DNA from: Candidatus Poribacteria bacterium
Lineage (GTDB): Bacteria; Poribacteria; WGA-4E; WGA-3G
NCBI GenBank assembly: GCA_965208245.1
Contig: OZ242325.1
Location: 158,706 to 222,705 of the forward strand
Direction: 5' to 3'
Length of the DNA stretch: 64,000 nt
Position numbers and translations under genes: made by a program. Positions within the stretch are counted from its first letter, which is position 1, and each line of letters opens with the position of its first letter. Shown here piece by piece: positions 59,333-64,000 of this stretch. The notes below the pieces were generated by a model, which saw nothing but the letters and a program-made list of their open reading frames with translations, was not told the DNA's origin and made no database searches.

Positions 59333-60247
59333 TTAGCTATGTGTTTGTAAACGTTGCAATTGTTCTCGGAGTCGTGCGACTTCAGTTTCAGCCGCCTCAG
59401 CACGGGATGCTTCCTGTTCAGCACGGGCTGCTTCTTGTTCAGCAAGTGTTTCAGCACTCTCAGCACGGGATGCTTCCTGTTCAGCAAGTGTTTCAGCGTT
59501 CTCAGCACGGGCTGCCTCTTGTTCAGCACGGGCTGCCTCTTGTTCAGCACGGGCTGCTTCTTGTTCAGCAAGTGTTTCAGCGTTCTCAGCACGTGTTGCT
59601 TCCTGTTTTGCAAGTGTTTCAGCGTTCTCAGCGCGTGCTTCGGCTGCTTCGGTTGGGGTCTGCAGCCATGCACCCGCAACAGGATCATAGAAACCTAAAC
59701 CTTCATCATCCACATGGAAATCTAAACTGAGAACATCAGAATGTAGACCCCCATCTGCATGCTCAGATATCGGAACATAAACACCACCAACTAATGTCCA
59801 ACCCATCAGTTGAGATGCCAAAAATAAACCTTCCGCATCATATAAAAAGTAATCTTGGATACCTAAAGAGGTATAGAGGTCCATTTTTTTCCCTAAATCT
59901 TCAGCATAAGTGGTTTTGCTACTGAACTCCATCACAAAATCAGGCAGTTTACCTTCCACCCAAACAAGATACGTATTCCGCCTTTTTTTATCTAATCCGA
60001 AAGAGACTAACACATCCGGGGCAACGACTCGGTGCGGATCACCCTCCACATAATACATCAGTATATCACCAGAAACATAAACATCCGGTCGTTGTGTGTA
60101 ATGTGCCTTAAGTGTATCTATTGTGCAATTGAGTATATCTCTGTGCAGATCGCTTGCAGCCATGGGTTTACCATCCGTATCAGGGTAATATATCGGTATG
60201 TCTGTTGGAGCAGAAGATATTTTCTGCTTATCTGTATAGGTTGTCAT
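59333..60247 (-). CDS. Uma2 family endonuclease, copy 5, 304 aa, 11 tail heptads
   Basis: Same core as copy 1. Confidence 0.88.
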   Translation of the reverse strand: MTTYTDKQKISSAPTDIPIYYPDTDGKPMAASDLHRDILNCTIDTLKAHYTQRPDVYVSGDILMYYVEGDPHRVVAPDVLVSFGLDKKRRNTYLVWVEGKLPDFVMEFSSKTTYAEDLGKKMDLYTSLGIQDYFLYDAEGLFLASQLMGWTLVGGVYVPISEHADGGLHSDVLSLDFHVDDEGLGFYDPVAGAWLQTPTEAAEARAENAETLAKQEATRAENAETLAEQEAARAEQEAARAEQEAARAENAETLAEQEASRAESAETLAEQEAARAEQEASRAEAAETEVARLREQLQRLQTHS

Positions 60248-60502
60248 CGGTGTTTCTCCTTTTAGTCAAATACATGAAAGTATTCTAATACTTGAACCGT
60301 GGAGACTGCTTTTGCTAATTATACTGGCGACACGATCAAACTTCTGTCGGGGGTCGCTACACTCAAACCAAACTACAAAGTCCGCTATTAGCCCTACACA
60401 AAAACTGACAATCTCTTAAAACTGAAGAACCCTGCCGAACTACGAAGAAAACTTGACAAGGTATTAGCTTACAAAAACTTTACACATCCTTATGGGTTTG
60501 GG

Positions 60503-61438
60503 TTAGCTATGTGTTTGTAAACGTTGCAATTGTTCTCGGAGTCGTGCGACTTCAGTTTCAGCCGCCTCAGCACGGGATGCCTCCTGTTCAGCACGGGCTG
60601 CTTCTTGTTCAGCAAGTGTTTCAGCACTCTCAGCACGGGCTGCCTCTTGTTCAGCACGGGCTGCCTCTTGTTCAGCAAGTGTTTCAGCACTCTCAGCACG
60701 GGCTGCCTCTTGTTCAGCACGGGCTGCCTCTTGTTCAGCAAGTGTTTCAGCGTTCTCAGCGCGTGTTGCTTCCTGTTCAGCGCGTGTTGCTTCCTGTTCA
60801 GCGCGTGTTGCTTCCTGTTCAGCGCGTGCTTCGGCTGCTTCGGTTGGGGTCTGCAGCCATGCACCCGCAACAGGATCATAGAAACCTAAACCTTCATCAT
60901 CCACATGGAAATCTAAACTGAGAACATCAGAATGTAAACCACCATCTGCATGCTCAGATACAGGAACATAAACACCATCAACTAATGTCCAACCCATCAG
61001 TTGAGATGCCAAAAATAAACCTTCCGCATCATATAAAAAGTAATCTTGGATACCTAAAGAAGCATAGAGGTCCATTTTTTTCCCTAAATCTTCAGCATAA
61101 GTGGTTTTGCTACTGAACTCCATCACAAAATCAGGCAGTTTACCTTCCACCCAAACAAGATACGTATTCCGCCTTTTTTTATCTAATCCGAAAGAGACTA
61201 ACACATCCGGGGCAACGACTCGGTGCGGATCACCCTCCACATAATACATCAGTATATCACCAGAAACATAAACATCCGGTCGTTGTGTGTAATGTGCCTT
61301 AAGTGTTTCTAGTGTGCAATTGAGTATATCTCTGTGCAGATCGCTTGCAGCCATAGGTTTACCATCCGTATCAGGGTAATATATCGGTATGTCTGTTGGA
61401 GCAGAAGATATTTTCTGCTTATCTGTATAGGTTGTCAT
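60503..61438 (-). CDS. Uma2 family endonuclease, copy 6, 311 aa, 12 tail heptads
   Basis: Same core as copy 1. Confidence 0.88.
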   Translation of the reverse strand: MTTYTDKQKISSAPTDIPIYYPDTDGKPMAASDLHRDILNCTLETLKAHYTQRPDVYVSGDILMYYVEGDPHRVVAPDVLVSFGLDKKRRNTYLVWVEGKLPDFVMEFSSKTTYAEDLGKKMDLYASLGIQDYFLYDAEGLFLASQLMGWTLVDGVYVPVSEHADGGLHSDVLSLDFHVDDEGLGFYDPVAGAWLQTPTEAAEARAEQEATRAEQEATRAEQEATRAENAETLAEQEAARAEQEAARAESAETLAEQEAARAEQEAARAESAETLAEQEAARAEQEASRAEAAETEVARLREQLQRLQTHS

Positions 61439-61692
61439 CGGTGTTTCTCCTTTTAGTCAAATACATGAAAGTATTTTAATACTTGAACCGTGGAGACTGC
61501 TTTTGCTAATTATACTGGCGACACGATCAAACTTCTGTCGGGGGTCGCTACACTCAAACCAAACTACAAAGTCCACTATTAGCCCTACACAAAAACTGAC
61601 AATCTCTTAAAACTGAAGAACCCTGCCGACCTACGAAGAAAACTTGACAAGGTATTAGCTTACAAAAACTTTACACATCTTATGGTTTTGGG

Positions 61693-62649
61693 TTAGCTAT
61701 GTGTTTGTAAACGTTGCAATTGTTCTCGGAGTCGTGCGACTTCAGTTTCAGCCGCCTCAGCACGGGATGCCTCCTGTTCAGCACGGGCTGCTTCTTGTTC
61801 AGCAAGTGTTTCAGCACTCTCAGCACGGGCTGCCTCTTGTTCAGCACGGGCTGCCTCTTGTTCAGCAAGTGTTTCAGCACTCTCAGCACGGGCTGCCTCT
61901 TGTTCAGCACGGGCTGCCTCTTGTTCAGCACGGGCTGCCTCTTGTTCAGCAAGTGTTTCAGCGTTCTCAGCACGTGTTGCTTCCTGTTCAGCGCGTGTTG
62001 CTTCCTGTTTTGCAAGTGTTTCAGCGTTCTCAGCACGTGCTTCGGCTGCTTCGGTTGGGGTCTGCAGCCATGCACCCGCAACAGGATCATAGAAACCTAA
62101 ACCTTCATCATCCACATGGAAATCTAAACTGAGAACATCAGAATGTAAACCACCATCTGCATGCTCAGATACAGGAACATAAACACCATCAACTAATGTC
62201 CAACCCATCAGTTGAGATGCCAAAAATAAACCTTCCGCATCATATAAAAAGTAATCTTGGATACCTAAAGAGGTATAGAGGTCCATTTTTTTCCCTAAAT
62301 CTTCAGCATAAGTGGTTTTGCTACTGAACTCCATCACAAAATCAGGCAGTTTACCTTCCACCCAAACAAGATACGTATTCCGCCTTTTTTTATCTAATCC
62401 GAAAGAGACTAACACATCCGGGGCAACGACTCGGTGCGGATCACCCTCCACATAATACATCAGTATATCACCAGAAACATAAACATCCGGTCGTTGTGTG
62501 TAATGTGCCTTAAGTGTATCTATTGTGCAATTGAGTATATCTCTGTGCAGATCGCTTGCAGCCATGGGTTTACCATCCGTATCAGGGTAATATATCGGTA
62601 TGTCTGTTGGAGCAGAAGATATTTTCTGCTTATCTGTATAGGTTGTCAT
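61693..62649 (-). CDS. Uma2 family endonuclease, copy 7, 318 aa, 13 tail heptads
   Basis: Same core as copy 1. Confidence 0.88.
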   Translation of the reverse strand: MTTYTDKQKISSAPTDIPIYYPDTDGKPMAASDLHRDILNCTIDTLKAHYTQRPDVYVSGDILMYYVEGDPHRVVAPDVLVSFGLDKKRRNTYLVWVEGKLPDFVMEFSSKTTYAEDLGKKMDLYTSLGIQDYFLYDAEGLFLASQLMGWTLVDGVYVPVSEHADGGLHSDVLSLDFHVDDEGLGFYDPVAGAWLQTPTEAAEARAENAETLAKQEATRAEQEATRAENAETLAEQEAARAEQEAARAEQEAARAESAETLAEQEAARAEQEAARAESAETLAEQEAARAEQEASRAEAAETEVARLREQLQRLQTHS

Positions 62650-63007
62650 CGGTGTTTCTCCTTTTAGTCAAATACATGAAAGTATTTTAATACTTGAACC
62701 GTGGAGACTGCTTTTGCTAATTATAACTGAGAATCGATAAAAATAACAAGCACTTTAAAGTCCTATGCTAAAAATATGATTTTATCAGTCCGCAGGTCGG
62801 GTAGAGGGTAGCGTCATTAAAATATTAACTGGCGACACGATCAAACTTCTGTCGGGGGTCGCTACACTCAAACCAAACTACAAAGTCCACTATTAGCCCT
62901 ACACAAAAACTGACAATCTCTTAAAACTGAAGAACCCTGCCGAACTACGAAGAAAACTTGACAAGGTATTAGCTTACAAAAACTTTACACATCCTTATGG
63001 TTTTGGG

Positions 63008-64000
63008 TTAGCTATGTGTTTGTAAACGTTGCAATTGTTCTCGGAGTCGTGCGACTTCAGTTTCAGCCGCCTCAGCACGGGATGCTTCCTGTTCGGCACG
63101 GGCTGCTTCTTGTTCAGCAAGTGTTTCAGCACTCTCAGCACGGGATGCCTCCTGTTCAGCACGGGATGCCTCTTGTTCAGCAAGTGTTTCAGCACTCTCA
63201 GCACGGGATGCCTCCTGTTCAGCAAGTGTTTCAGCGTTCTCAGCACGGGCTGCCTCTTGTTCAGCACGGGCTGCCTCTTGTTCAGCACGGGCTGCCTCTT
63301 GTTCAGCACGGGCTGCCTCTTGTTCAGCAAGTGTTTCAGCGTTCTCAGCACGGGATGCTTCCTGTTTTGCAAGTGTTTCAGCGTTCTCAGCGCGTGCTTC
63401 GGCTGCTTCGGTTGGGGTCTGCAGCCATGCACCCGCAACAGGATCATAGAAACCTAAACCTTCATCATCCACATGGAAATCTAAACTGAGAACATCAGAA
63501 TGTAAACCACCATCTGCATGCTCAGATACAGGAACATAAACACCATCAACTAATGTCCAACCCATCAGTTGAGATGCCAAAAATAAACCTTCCGCATCAT
63601 ATAAAAAGTAATCTTGGATACCTAAAGAAGCATAGAGGTCCATTTTTTTCCCTAAATCTTCAGCATAAGTGGTTTTGCTACTGAACTCCATCACAAAATC
63701 AGGCAGTTTACCTTCCACCCAAACAAGATACGTATTCCGCCTTTTTTTATCTAATCCGAAAGAGACTAACACATCCGGGGCAACGACTCGGTGCGGGACA
63801 CCTTTCACGTAATACATCAGTATATCACCAGAAACATAAACATCCGGTCGTTGTGCGTAATGTGCCTTAAGTGTTTCTAGTGTACAATTGAGTATATCTC
63901 TGTGCAGATCGCTCGCAGCCATGGGTTTACCATCCGTATCAGGGTAATATATCGGTATGTCTGTTGGAACAGAAAATATTTTCTGCTTATCTGTATAGGT
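63008..64000 (-). CDS. Uma2 family endonuclease, copy 8, 5' end cut by the window (about 2 codons missing), 15 tail heptads
   Basis: The reverse complement of the last bases reads TYTDKQKIFSVPTDIPIYYPDTDGKPMAAS, so the CDS continues to the edge. The ORF track shows only the internal-Met part. Confidence 0.85.
   Translation of the reverse strand, partial: TYTDKQKIFSVPTDIPIYYPDTDGKPMAASDLHRDILNCTLETLKAHYAQRPDVYVSGDILMYYVKGVPHRVVAPDVLVSFGLDKKRRNTYLVWVEGKLPDFVMEFSSKTTYAEDLGKKMDLYASLGIQDYFLYDAEGLFLASQLMGWTLVDGVYVPVSEHADGGLHSDVLSLDFHVDDEGLGFYDPVAGAWLQTPTEAAEARAENAETLAKQEASRAENAETLAEQEAARAEQEAARAEQEAARAEQEAARAENAETLAEQEASRAESAETLAEQEASRAEQEASRAESAETLAEQEAARAEQEASRAEAAETEVARLREQLQRLQTHS

Larger units (their letters stand above)
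54140..64000 (-). repeat. Head-to-tail tandem array (period 1170-1357 bp) of Uma2-family gene units, at least 8 units, truncated by the window edge
   Basis: Stops lie at 54158, 55494, 56746, 57976, 59333, 60503, 61693 and 63008. Spacers are near-identical. Confidence 0.95.

Noticed and set aside
54043-63489. Plus-strand ORFs (for example 54043-54618, 55502-55870, 57984-58457) and extra minus-strand ORFs (MILLRVHGCRPQ...) running through the Uma2 tails
   Set aside because: They exist only where the 21-nt repeat lacks stop codons in five of six frames. They encode low-complexity strings (QHGLLPVQ..., LNRKQPV...), and their length tracks the repeat number. The frame continuous with the conserved nuclease domain and RBS is the real one.
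54140-64000. The possibility that the whole array is an assembly artefact of one or two collapsed or expanded copies
   Set aside because: Not fully rejected. However, each unit has its own combination of SNPs, its own module order and its own spacer indel state, which a simple mis-assembly would not create. It still needs long-read confirmation.
1-64000. Search by eye for tRNA/rRNA genes, riboswitches, reverse transcriptase (DGR/retron), integrase or transposase genes
   Set aside because: None recognised. T-loop-like strings such as ggttcaagt in the Uma2 spacers lack the rest of a tRNA cloverleaf.

Overview
An AT-rich bacterial chromosomal window with three parts. Non-ORF coordinates were hand-counted and may be off by about 2 nt. 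No rRNA, tRNA, CRISPR array, transposase or integrase was seen.

(1) About 1-27 kb is mostly housekeeping or metabolic. It holds a pterin cluster (tandem-domain PTPS/QueD, GTP cyclohydrolase I, SDR), two CNNM/HlyC-type transporters, KDPG aldolase, a Ser/Thr kinase, IolD, frameshifted panB, sucD, a CinA-like gene, IF-1, a J-protein, a Gfo/Idh/MocA oxidoreductase and a LarA-like gene. It also holds a co-directional run of a ClpX-like ATPase, a chlorite-dismutase-family protein, a GldF/GldG-like ABC-2 module, DUF4340 and a GT2, followed by msrB.

(2) About 27-54 kb is accessory-looking. It holds a radical SAM/SPASM enzyme bracketed by REP copies, a NucS-like nuclease, DUF2283, a VapBC relic, HigB plus partner, and a PorV-like porin. 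Large secreted proteins carry T9SS/FlgD-Ig-type C-terminal domains, including a 14-blade WD40-cohesin-dockerin protein. There is also a sulfotransferase, a BatD/TPR pair, a 1077-aa lamin-tail-domain protein, a MITE/REP family and many gene relics. The gene content (WD40, cohesin/dockerin, sulfotransferase, NYPNPFNPETWIPY sorting domains) resembles symbiont-type candidate phyla such as Poribacteria. That is only a guess.

(3) 54.1-64.0 kb, still running at the window edge, is the most unusual feature. It is a head-to-tail array of at least 8 near-identical Uma2/DUF820 PD-(D/E)XK nuclease genes. Their C-terminal Ala/Glu heptad tails differ in repeat number, so the proteins form a complete 7-aa length ladder of 290, 297, 304, 311, 318, 325 and 332 aa.

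A second novelty candidate is a three-member family of small 2-TM proteins. They carry an expandable (K/I)AEG tetrapeptide tract and a conserved W-x-RRR-x-EAE-x-GE-x-F-x-(D/E)PPP tail.
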